Shown: positions 10,101 through 18,020 of the stretch, piece after piece
Numbering within the stretch: position 1 is the stretch's first letter
Layout of the letters: every line of letters begins with the position of its first letter
From: Desulfobacterales bacterium S5133MH16
GTDB lineage: Bacteria; Desulfobacterota; Desulfobacteria; Desulfobacterales; UBA11574
DNA length: 26,063 nt
Direction of reading: 5' to 3'
NCBI GenBank assembly: GCA_001751005.1
Contig: MAXL01000486.1
Location: forward strand, 1-26,063
Notes under the pieces: generated by a model
What the model was told of the DNA's origin: nothing
Database searches by the model: none
What the model saw: only the letters and a program-made list of their open reading frames with translations
Made by a program: the position numbers and the translations under genes

Positions 10101-10496
10101 CCCGGAATACCATTCTTTTATCCGGGGTCAACCGCCATTTCCGGACTTTTTTTAGCTGAACCGCCGGGCATCAATGTCTCTAACCGGAAAAAAGGTGCTG
10201 CCGCTGCAGCTCAGGCGGCAGCCATTATGCCGCGGGAACCGCGCCATAACAAAGGATATACCGTTGCAGTGGATGAAAGCCTGTGCCGAAGTTGTGGACG
10301 CTGCATTCGCGTCTGCCCTTATCAGGCGGTGACATTGCACAGAAACGCTATTGACGGATGGGCCGCCTGGGTGGACGAGACTCTGTGTAAAGGCTGCGGC
10401 AATTGCATTTCCGTATGTCCCACCAATGCCGCGGACAGCCCGTATCGTAACCAGGAATTTCTCGAACAGACACTTGAAAAAATATTGCTGACGTAG
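7137..10496 (+). CDS. Large HdrL-like flavoprotein: degenerate HdrA segments surrounding a GltD-like FAD/NAD(P)H module, with several [4Fe-4S] motifs
   Basis: GltD-like CQANCPLG..CGRICTHPCE, GSGPAG (FAD), GDGNAAFD (NAD(P)H) and EAARCLQC motifs. HdrA N-domain-like GVFVCKC..SAC..ASCVCCP..CNLR. Ferredoxin motifs CTLCGRCVEICP, CRSCGRCIRVCP and CKGCGNCISVCP. ATGA overlap with korC. Confidence 0.8.
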   Translation: MKRPKERLHRVTVIGATPAGIAATNKLGELGIPLTLVDSDYDLDKKLSRDEWVLKSGVPLNHAHRPGLIRILRNPGIRCIFPAKISSIKHNRQGFRVHLNILQTFVDQDKCTLCGRCVEICPVLLPGGEKAIQINSQRSLPGRPVIDKRCRPLCQANCPLGVNAQGYIALVKAGRFAEALDLIRENNVLPGICGRICTHPCENFCRRGELDEPVAIMDIKRFVADYDRSDPKDIKLSDVHNRSEKIVIIGSGPAGIAAAADLARFGHDVTVFEKEKEVGGLLRYGIGRHRLPKDILDVDLEYIKKLGVRFIIGHAIDLVQDMDRLKKDFDAVIISIGTWADLKLGVPGEMLEGVEGCLSFLGRLYRGEIKALNEKVAVIGDGNAAFDLARTLLRLGAHVTILSWFPEDLIPANTEEIGATREEGILIRDCTQTIAFLGQNGKLNRLRCMPTKPGEPDAQGIPWPVIIPNSQPFELEFDRAFVAIGQRGALQGKNNSFSFTVSEQGLIEVDEYLRTNLSNVYAVGDAVSGPSSVVEAMAAGRRVARTVHSDICKEEVFYPQLLRPEDKDFPEIPADIPSQARTIMPERQPAVRKDSFLEVSMGLSEQQVFLEAARCLQCGVCSECLQCVDACGAILAINHVQAPEETIEQTGVVIIADPELAPKIKGEDVIRVYGPRAAKPDVNAMFVRGFAAASQAMILLGGTLQRPKGYGLSFSTPDPGLSPEIRVGVFVCKCNNTFGWLDDMNQYVAGLQSQEDVVHAQVVNSACTHEGSSSIIRTIREKGLTRVVLASCVCCPLNFICSACTDQRSRLKNALFTGTGISRSMVQTCNLRGEVLRLLKQNKSLAVKKFTGLIDRSVNRARRLKPLPDLIRNYNFTTAVIGTSEVAISSALSLAQAGLEVFWFPQSQKPPNQIPDHPNVHSFGGFSIKELSGTLGNFHIIAESGNSRQIITVGTVILDEKSRKNIKYIHQEGLPGRTVSSSMQDMGVPGIPFFYPGSTAISGLFLAEPPGINVSNRKKGAAAAAQAAAIMPREPRHNKGYTVAVDESLCRSCGRCIRVCPYQAVTLHRNAIDGWAAWVDETLCKGCGNCISVCPTNAADSPYRNQEFLEQTLEKILLT

Positions 10497-10499
10497 AAA

Positions 10500-12083
10500 A
10501 TGGACGAATTCAAAATAATCTTATTTTTATGTAACTGGGGGCCGCATACCGCTTTCCAAACCCTTCAGGACAATGGAAGTGAAATTCCCGATGAGGTAAG
10601 TATGATTCGGATTCCCTGCACCGGAAGAATCAGCAAATCCCTTTTGTTTAAAGCGTTTGAAATGGGAGCGGATGGTGTGGTTCTGGCAGGATGTAAACCG
10701 GGAACCTGCCGATACGGCAGCGGTACGGCTACCGCCCGTGAGAATACCGAAGATACTCGGGATATTATTGGGCTTCTCGGCCTGGGAAAAGAACGGTTGC
10801 GGCATGTCACATTTCTCCCGGATGAGTCGGATCTGCTACTGCAATTTTTGAATGACTTTTGCAATCAAATCCGGTCGTTGGGCCCGAGTCCTATGGCGCC
10901 TATCCGAATACCGGAATCAGAAGTTATAAGCCGTGAGTCTGTAGCCGAAATCGTTTCTTATCATGATGCCTTTGCATGTCAGGACTGCGGGAAATGCTCT
11001 TCCGCTTGTCCTCTGGCACTGATCGGCAAACCATTCTCGCCCCGGGAACTGGTTAATTCCATCATTGCCGGTGATATGGATTCTCCTTCTGTAAACAAAG
11101 ATGTTTGGTCCTGCCTGACCTGCGGCCTTTGTTATGACCGCTGTCCATCGGCAGTTAATTTTCCCGAGTTTATGCGAGATATTCGCCACGTTATCAGAAA
11201 AAATGGGGGAAATGCTCATGAGGCGCACGGAGGCTTTTTTCAGTCTCTGATGCGAGCCATGACATCACCCGGGCTCAAAACAGAGCGATGGGATTGGCTG
11301 CCCCAAGATGCGGAGGTTGATTCCAAGAGTAAGATCCTTTTTTTCGGCGGTTGTACCCCGTACTTTGACATTTTTTTCAGAAACCATCTCGGTGTTGAAA
11401 CCCTTAATATCTTAAAAGATAGTCTTCGTCTTCTCAATTTCTTCGATATTAAACCGGCCCTGCTCCAGGATGAGCGATGCTGCGGACATGATCTTCTCTG
11501 GTCGGGAGACCAAGAAAATTTTTTAAAATTAGCAGCAATAAATGTGGATTCGATCCATAACCTTGGAATTGATGAGGTGATTACGGCTTGCCCGGAGTGC
11601 TATAGGACACTGGCCCATGATTACCCAAAACATGGGATCAAATTAAATTTCAAGGTAACCCATATCTATGAACTGCTTGAAAACGAGATCAGCAAAGGTG
11701 CGATAGATTTTAAAAAAATTGATAAAAAGATAACCTTCCAGGATTCGTGTCGTTTAAACTGGCTCGAATCGCCTGCAGATCTTCCCAGAAAATTGATCCG
11801 TCGCCTCAAGCCAAGCAGCTTCCGGGAAATGCAGAATAATGGGAGTTCGGCCATATGTTGCGGGAATTGCGCATGGACTGGATGTGATGCGTTCAGCAAG
11901 GCTCTTCAGGTCAAACGCTTGAGACAGGCCCATGCCACAGAAAGTGATCTTCTGGTCACCGCCTGCCCCAAATGCCAGATTCATCTCCGTTGTGCCATGG
12001 AAGATCCTTTTCTCGGAGAAGAACTTAAGATGGAGATGATAGACTTGACCGGTATTATTGCAAAGACCATTTACTGGGAGTAA
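10500..12083 (+). CDS. MvhD/FlpD + HdrC-like + two CCG domains fusion (HdrD-like)
   Basis: N-terminal FLCNWG, IRIPCTGR and GCKPGTCRY (MvhD-like). CQDCGKCSSACP and CLTCGLCYDRCP (HdrC-like). RCCGH/TACPEC and ICCGNC/TACPKC (CCG domains). Confidence 0.88.
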   Translation: MDEFKIILFLCNWGPHTAFQTLQDNGSEIPDEVSMIRIPCTGRISKSLLFKAFEMGADGVVLAGCKPGTCRYGSGTATARENTEDTRDIIGLLGLGKERLRHVTFLPDESDLLLQFLNDFCNQIRSLGPSPMAPIRIPESEVISRESVAEIVSYHDAFACQDCGKCSSACPLALIGKPFSPRELVNSIIAGDMDSPSVNKDVWSCLTCGLCYDRCPSAVNFPEFMRDIRHVIRKNGGNAHEAHGGFFQSLMRAMTSPGLKTERWDWLPQDAEVDSKSKILFFGGCTPYFDIFFRNHLGVETLNILKDSLRLLNFFDIKPALLQDERCCGHDLLWSGDQENFLKLAAINVDSIHNLGIDEVITACPECYRTLAHDYPKHGIKLNFKVTHIYELLENEISKGAIDFKKIDKKITFQDSCRLNWLESPADLPRKLIRRLKPSSFREMQNNGSSAICCGNCAWTGCDAFSKALQVKRLRQAHATESDLLVTACPKCQIHLRCAMEDPFLGEELKMEMIDLTGIIAKTIYWE

Positions 12084-12103
12084 TTGTTTACAATGGAACA
12101 ATA

Positions 12104-12258
12104 TTGACGGTTTCGTAAAAAGTCCAACTTCTGCGTTGTGCTGCATTTCGTAATCATTCAACGTACGAAAAGTACGCCTCATGATTACAAAATTTACACG
12201 CCTTGAATTTGAACTTTTTACGAAACCGTCTAAATCGGACTTTTTACGAGTTCATCAA
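12104..12258. mobile_element. MITE-like palindromic element, type A copy 2 (inverted relative to copy 1)
   Basis: TTGACGGTTTCGTAAAAAGTCC ... GGACTTTTTACGAGTTCATCAA. CAATATTGA spans both junctions (12099-12107 and 12256-12264). Confidence 0.85.
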
Positions 12259-12311
12259 TATTGAAGATTAACTTTTTGCAAACACTTGTACATTGAGAAT
12301 TCGATAAAGGA

Positions 12312-14756
12312 ATGAACATGAAACCTGTTACTTCAATAGATACGAAACCGCAGATGCGTATCGGTGTCTATGTCTGTCATTGCGGCTCAAATATCGCTCA
12401 GACGGTGAACTGCCCAAAAGTTTCCGAAACAGCGTCCGGGCTTGAGGACGTTGTTATTTCAAAGCATATCGCTTACGCCTGTTCCGAGCCCGGTCAACAG
12501 GAAATCCGGGATGATATTCATGAACACGGGTTGGAGCGCATTGTTGTGGCCTCGTGCTCACCGAGACTTCATGAACCCACTTTTCGACAGATGATGCAAT
12601 CCGCCGGTCTTAATCCTTATCTTTTGGAGATGGCCAATCTCCGTGAGCAATGCAGCTGGGTTCATCTGAATGAACCTGATGCAGCAACACAAAAGGCCGA
12701 AGACCTTGTAAATATGGCCGTATCCCGGGCACGATTGCTCCAGCCGCTTGAAGAGGAAAAGCTGCCGCTCACCAAACGAACCCTGGTCATCGGCGGAGGT
12801 ATTGCCGGCATTCAGACTTCCCTTGATCTTGCAGATAACGGTTATGAGGTTGTTCTGGTGGAAAAAAATGCTTCCATTGGCGGAACCATGGCCCAGATTG
12901 ACAAGACCTTTCCGACCATGGACTGTTCCATCTGAATTCTGGGTCCTAAAATGACGGATGTCGGTCGACATCCCCTGATAAAACTCTACACCCTGAGCGA
13001 AATAGTGGATGTTAAAGGCTATGTGGGTAATTTTGATGTCAGGATCTTACAAAAGGCTCGTTATGTGTCAGAGGAAGATTGCACTGCATGTGGTGACTGC
13101 GCTATGGCTTGCCCCGTAGTTCGCCCCGATGAGTTCAATCTGGGCCTATCATCGCGCAAGGCCATTTTCACCCCTTTTCCCCAGGCTGTCCCCTCGGCCT
13201 ATGTCGTCAATATCAATGAATGCTTGGGGCACAACCCCGTGGTTTGCGCAAAATGTCTCGAAGCCTGTGAAAAGGGATGCATCAATTTTCACATGTCCGA
13301 TGATGAAATCCAGGAAAGTGTGGGATCAATCATCGTGGCGACCGGACTGGAGCCGTATGATCCCACTGAGCTTGACGAATACGGATATACAAGATTCGAA
13401 AATGTCCTTACCAGTCTTGAATTTGAACGCCTTATCAATGCCGGGGGCCCTACCAAAGGAAAACTGATTCGTCCCACAGACAGAAGACTTCCTAAATCCG
13501 TGGGCTTTATCCAGTGTGTGGGCTCACGTTCCGCCAGGAAAGGCAGCAGCTATTGCTCCAATACCTGCTGTATGAACACCATTAAAAGTACACTGGTACT
13601 CAAAGAACATTACCCTGATATTGACATAAAGGTTTTTTATATCGACATTCGTGCCGTTGGCAAAGGATTCGAAGATCTCTTTATGCGTAGCCGTCGTCTG
13701 GGAGTGCATTACTTGAGAGGTTTGCCGGGCAACGTTGAAGAGCTGCCGGATCACAGTATGCGGGTTGCGGTGGAGAATACGGTCACAGGCCGGCTGGAAT
13801 TTTTCGATCTTGATATGCTCGTCTTAGCTCTCGGCATGAAGCCGGCCAAAAACACCCGGCGGCTTCAAGAAATGCTGGGGCTTCAGCTAACGGCCGACGG
13901 TTTTTTCCTGGAAGCTCATCCGAAACTCCAACCGGTTGATGCCGCCTCTCGAGGAATTTTCTATGCGGGATGCGCCGAAAGCCCCAAAGATATCAAAGAA
14001 AGCGTTACACAGGCTTCAGCGGCCGCAGTCCGTGCCATTCGCCTGATGCATAAAGGGGAAATTTACACAGAACCGATTACTTCCGAAATAGATCCCGAAA
14101 AGTGCACAGCGTGCGGCAAATGTTCTGAAATTTGTCCCTATAATGCAATTACAAAAGGTATCAGAAAAAAGACACCGTCTGTCGTGAATACGGCAGCATG
14201 CGCCGGCTGCGGCACTTGTGCCGCGGAATGTCCTTATGACGCCATTCTTATGAACCATTTTACGGACGACCAGATTAATAACCAAATCAATTCCATGCTC
14301 GAAAAAAGTTCTCAAGAAAAGATTCTGGTATTTGCCTGCAACTGGTGCTCATATGCCGGCGCGGATTACGCGGGGGTCTCACGTCTTCAATATCCTTCAA
14401 ACGTTCGAATTATCCGGACCATGTGCTCAGGGCGAGTTGACGAAAAATTTATCTTTAACGGCTTTCTTAACGGTGCGCCGGTTGTTCTGGTAAGCGGATG
14501 CCATATTGGTGACTGTCATTATATTGATGCCAACCGCTGGACCGAAAAAAGAGTTAAAAAAATACGCAAAAAAATAGAGAAACTGGGAATCAGACCCGAA
14601 CGGCTCCAGCTTGAGTGGATTAGTGCGGCAGAAGGCAATCGATTTGCCGAGATAATGGGCAGGATGGAGAAACTTCGTCAGGGTGTTTCTATACAGGAAA
14701 TCTCAGAAACAATTGAGATCCTGAAGAATCGGGAAGAAAAATCCGAGGCTCAATAA
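12312..14756 (+). CDS. hdrA: Selenocysteine-containing heterodisulfide reductase subunit A with C-terminal MvhD fusion (814 aa, U208)
   Basis: ORF-track pieces 12312-12935 and 12951-14756 share one frame and are joined by TGA at 12933-12935 in DKTFPTMDCSI-U-ILGPKM, where HdrA has Cys or Sec. Other motifs: GVYVCHCG, GGGIAG, CVGSR..YCSNTCC, and C-terminal FACNWCSYAGAD / MCSGRV / GCHIGDCHY (MvhD). Confidence 0.93.
12956..12973 (+). promoter_or_regulatory. Bacterial SECIS-like hairpin of hdrA
   Basis: Perfect 7-bp stem GGATGTC/GACATCC with GGTC loop, starting 20 nt after the UGA. Confidence 0.75.
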
Positions 14757-15829
14757 TGACAGACTGGGTCGAACAACTCCAAAACAGCGTCAACACCCTT
14801 GACAGACTGAAGGCAGTTGTCAACGTCTCCTCGGAAGAAGAAAAGGCCATAACGACTCTAAATACGAAATGGGGGACAACCCCTTATTTTGCTTCTTTAA
14901 TGGATCCGGATACCCCTGATTGTCCCATACGTAAACAGGTTATTCCTTCTATGAAAGAAACTGAGAATCGATATGGAATTTCCAACTACCTGATCTGGGA
15001 AGAAAATCGTGATACTGAGGAGATCAGACCCGACTGTATTGCCAGGCAGTATCGTGACCGCATCGCTTTCACCGTTACCGATATCTGTGCAACTTACTGC
15101 CGTCATTGTTTTCGTAAAGAACTTGTGGTTGACCGAGATCTTAAGCTTCGCTTTGATTTGGAAGAAGGCATAGAGTGGATCCGTGAACATGAAGAGATTC
15201 GGGATGTTCTCATCACCGGCGGTGACCCTTTCATACTTTCAGACCAAAAGATTGAATATCTTATTCGCAGGCTTCGAGAAATTCACCATGTAGAAATGAT
15301 TCGCTTTGGAACCCGCACACCGATTGTTTTGCCCCATCGAATTACCGATGGTCTCAAAAAGATTCTGAGCAGCTATCATCGGGTGCCAATCTGGGTGAAT
15401 ACCCAATGTAATCATCCAAAAGAAATTACGGAAAAGACGGCAAGGGCTGTTTTCAATCTCCTATCATGCGGAGTCAACGTGGGCAACCAGGCGGTCTTGT
15501 TAAAGGGGATTAATGATGACGTGAAAACGTTTAGGAAGCTTCATCAAAAGCTTTTAGCGGTTCGCATCCGTCCTTACTATGTTTTTTATTGTGAACCGGC
15601 ACCGGGAATCGATCATTTTCGGACACCGGTTGAAAAGGGGGCTGAACTTATTCGAGATGCGCTGCAGGGTCACACGACAGGTCTGGCTCAGCCTATGTAT
15701 GTCATTGCCACCAACATCGGCAAGGTTCCTTTAATGCCGGATTATTACATCATCGAAAAGAATGAAAAAGAATATACGCTGAAAAATTATCAGGGCATTT
15801 ACACAACCTGGCCGAATATGCCGGAATAA
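14756..15829 (+). CDS. KamA-family (lysine 2,3-aminomutase-like) radical SAM protein, divergent active site
   Basis: CATYCRHCFR (CxxxCxxC), DVLITGGD, RFGTRTP, GNQAVLLKGIND, RPYY and GKVP (PLP lysine). TAATG overlap with hdrA. Confidence 0.88.
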   Translation: MTDWVEQLQNSVNTLDRLKAVVNVSSEEEKAITTLNTKWGTTPYFASLMDPDTPDCPIRKQVIPSMKETENRYGISNYLIWEENRDTEEIRPDCIARQYRDRIAFTVTDICATYCRHCFRKELVVDRDLKLRFDLEEGIEWIREHEEIRDVLITGGDPFILSDQKIEYLIRRLREIHHVEMIRFGTRTPIVLPHRITDGLKKILSSYHRVPIWVNTQCNHPKEITEKTARAVFNLLSCGVNVGNQAVLLKGINDDVKTFRKLHQKLLAVRIRPYYVFYCEPAPGIDHFRTPVEKGAELIRDALQGHTTGLAQPMYVIATNIGKVPLMPDYYIIEKNEKEYTLKNYQGIYTTWPNMPE

Positions 15830-15855
15830 CCAGAATGTTTCATGATAACGGCGGG

Positions 15856-16539
15856 CTATTGATTTGGCAGGTAGGGCGTTAGATCTCGGATGTATTCTGT
15901 TAGTATTTTGAAGCCGCCATCCGTTAATACAGAAATTGCTTTTTCCTCATCTTCAGCAGCCACCCTCATAATGAGCTGATAAATGCCCGGGAACTTTTTG
16001 ACCGGCCAGGTAACCAAACTTTGGATACTGATCTGCTGATCCTTGAGGAGTCTCGAAACCTCAGCCACAACTCCGATACGGTCTTTTACCAGAACGATGA
16101 ACCGTGCACTTCCCTCATCTACGCCGATGGCACGTAGCAGCACCTCCAAAACATCGGTAGTCGTGATGATTCCTACGAGTTTTTCCGCTTCCATGACCGG
16201 CAGAGCGCTGATCCGGTTTTCCTGCATGATTAGAGCGGCAGTTTCAATGGTAGTGTCGGATGATATGGTGAGGATGTTTTTTGTCATGATCATTTCAACG
16301 GTCAACTGAGTTAATAGATAATTCAACTCATGAACGCTGAGAGTTGTGGCCGGAGAGGCCCAGCTCTGCTTAACATCTCTGTCCGAGACCAATCCAAGTA
16401 AATTTTCATTTTCATCTACTACCAGAAGGTGGTTAATCCGCTTTTCTTCAATAATATCTTTGGCTTTTATTATGGTTGTATCAGGGGAGACAGTCACAAG
16501 ATATGTATTCATAACACGACCCACGTACATAGAGGCCAC
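15856..16539 (-). CDS. CBS-pair + ACT domain protein (AcuB-like)
   Basis: Two CBS repeats (INHLLVVD..LLGLVSDRD; ISALPVM..LVGIITTTD) and a C-terminal ACT-like segment (KDRIGVVAEVSRLL..ISIQSLV). Confidence 0.88.
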   Translation of the reverse strand: MASMYVGRVMNTYLVTVSPDTTIIKAKDIIEEKRINHLLVVDENENLLGLVSDRDVKQSWASPATTLSVHELNYLLTQLTVEMIMTKNILTISSDTTIETAALIMQENRISALPVMEAEKLVGIITTTDVLEVLLRAIGVDEGSARFIVLVKDRIGVVAEVSRLLKDQQISIQSLVTWPVKKFPGIYQLIMRVAAEDEEKAISVLTDGGFKILTEYIRDLTPYLPNQ

Positions 16540-16610
16540 CTCCTTTGAGCGATAAAAACAGCCTTAACAAAACAAATTATACTATTTTTAAATGCGGAAA
16601 GAAAGAACAA

Positions 16611-16799
16611 TTATTTATGTAATTCTACGTTGTTTAAACAAAATCGTCCTTCTTCGGCATAATCTATGGCATGGAAAACACTTTCTTTTTCATATAAAAC
16701 CTGGTGACATTGTATGGCCTGTAATATTTTACAATCTTTGGCGCATTTTTCTTTAGGTTGATTTTTCTTTTGACAATTTGCACATGGAGAAGAAATCAT
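16611..16799 (-). CDS. Small Cys-rich hypothetical protein (62 aa)
   Basis: SPCANC..KCAKDC pattern; G-rich RBS (GAGGGGGG) upstream of the ATG. Confidence 0.65.
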   Translation of the reverse strand: MISSPCANCQKKNQPKEKCAKDCKILQAIQCHQVLYEKESVFHAIDYAEEGRFCLNNVELHK

Positions 16800-16922
16800 A
16801 ATGCCCCCCTCTGTTATGCTATTTTAATAACGAAAAACCATTTCCCTTAAAATTTAATTACAAATAATTTGCCGGTTTGACTGTAAAACTTAAACAAACT
16901 TTAAATCAAGATAACGCTACGG

Positions 16923-17078
16923 TTACTGAGTTTCTCCGGTGGTCTTTTTCTGGTCCTGAAAAACTTCACAGTTCTTACACCAATTGCGCATGTTCCCTTT
17001 CCTAAAAATTTCCGTGCAGACTTCACGATAATATTGCATTTTTGGATCTTTAGGACAGGTTATAAATGTTTTGCCCAT
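16923..17078 (-). CDS. Small four-Cys hypothetical protein (51 aa), below the ORF-track cutoff
   Basis: Hand translation MGKTFITCPKDPKMQYYREVCTEIFRKGNMRNWCKNCEVFQDQKKTTGETQ. AAGGA RBS 8 nt before the ATG; a canonical promoter lies just upstream. Confidence 0.65.
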   Translation of the reverse strand: MGKTFITCPKDPKMQYYREVCTEIFRKGNMRNWCKNCEVFQDQKKTTGETQ

Positions 17079-17144
17079 CTATTTTTTCCTTAAATTTTAT
17101 GATAATTTCATAATTATTAATATGTTAAATAAATTTTAAACGTT

Positions 17145-17173
17145 AATATAAAATAAAGTGTCTTGTGTGTCAA
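17145..17173 (-). promoter_or_regulatory. Sigma70-type promoter for the small Cys-protein genes
   Basis: Minus strand reads TTGACA-N17-TATATT. Confidence 0.65.
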
Positions 17174-17184
17174 GTAAAAAGATA

Positions 17185-17200
17185 CCACAATATATTGAGG
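17185..17200. promoter_or_regulatory. NrdR-box-like palindrome
   Basis: CCACAATATATTGAGG matches the full CwAtATaTwG core of the acaCwAtATaTwGtgt consensus. A degenerate second box (ATAAAGTGTCTTGTGT, 17153-17168) lies 32 bp away. Confidence 0.5.
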
Positions 17201-17384
17201 TGATTGTTAAAATGTCAGTTAAGCAGGCCATGTGGAGTTGTTCTGCTTACAACGCCGGGGCATATGGATAAATTGCTTGTTATTTCACAGTGTTGCATAA
17301 AATCTGAGATGTGTGACAAGGAGATGTAAAACGTAAAGGAACCCTTATGCCGGGCCTGATAATAAACGGGGATGATAAAAATAA

Positions 17385-17547
17385 TACCTAAGTTGAGCGA
17401 TTTTTTGCGAAGAGATGTGCTGAGATCTTGATGCATAAGAGTTCGCGAAAACCGCAGGCATACCCGTGGATATGTCGAGGATCTTCGCGGATCCGTGATG
17501 CGCAAGAGATCCGCGCAGATCGAGTAAAAAATGGCTCAATTTAGGTA
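17385..17547. mobile_element. MITE-like palindromic element, type C
   Basis: 22-bp terminal inverted repeats with 2 mismatches: TACCTAAGTTGAGCGATTTTTT / AAAAAATGGCTCAATTTAGGTA. Central ACCGCAGGCATA...TATGTCGAGGA core. Confidence 0.7.
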
Positions 17548-17570
17548 ATAGTAAGTTTATGCCGGAGCCA

Positions 17571-18020
17571 TTATTTTTCGATTCTTTTGGTCGCCGGTTT
17601 AATCATTAACCAGCGTTTTATTTTTTGAGAGATTCTTTTTAAAAGCCACTCCTGGGCCTCCGGACTCGCTTTGTCAGCTATTTGATCGGCGAGTGTAATA
17701 TCACCTGCCTGGTACCGCATATATACTTCACTCATATGCATCTCTAAATCAGCAGACAAATGTTTTGCATAAGCCAGGGCAAGTTGCCAGTGGGCAAAAG
17801 TTTCTGATTTGTCGCACTTTTCTACCAGAGCTTGAGGATGTCCGATTTTAGACTCAAGTTTGATCATAAAATTTATTGTCCGGGGGAGTCGCAGCCACTG
17901 GGGAGCGGATTTGTTTTTAGGACGCCCCACAGCCTTCCAAAAATCTGTTAAGCAAAGCAGATCATTCTTTGCCTTAATTTTATGACCTCTGTAGTTTAGA
18001 TCAAATTTTTTATAAACCAT
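17571..18020 (-). CDS. KilA-N domain DNA-binding protein
   Basis: LCLTDFWKAVG..PQWLRLPRT..TFAHWQLALAYAKHLS pattern typical of KilA-N/APSES domains. AAGGGA RBS before ATG 18020; alternative start at 18056. Confidence 0.8.
   Translation of the reverse strand: MVYKKFDLNYRGHKIKAKNDLLCLTDFWKAVGRPKNKSAPQWLRLPRTINFMIKLESKIGHPQALVEKCDKSETFAHWQLALAYAKHLSADLEMHMSEVYMRYQAGDITLADQIADKASPEAQEWLLKRISQKIKRWLMIKPATKRIEK

Noticed and set aside
12933-12950. Premature stop suggesting an hdrA pseudogene or two genes
   Set aside because: Same frame on both sides, the TGA falls on a conserved Cys/Sec position, and a SECIS-like hairpin follows.
14756-15829. Calling the gene kamA, ablA or epmB
   Set aside because: Substrate-binding residues differ from lysine 2,3-aminomutase, and no ablB, efp or epmA context is in the window.
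17215-17539. ORF-track ORFs 17215-17505 and 17345-17539
   Set aside because: They run through the type C palindromic element and show no RBS or recognisable motif.
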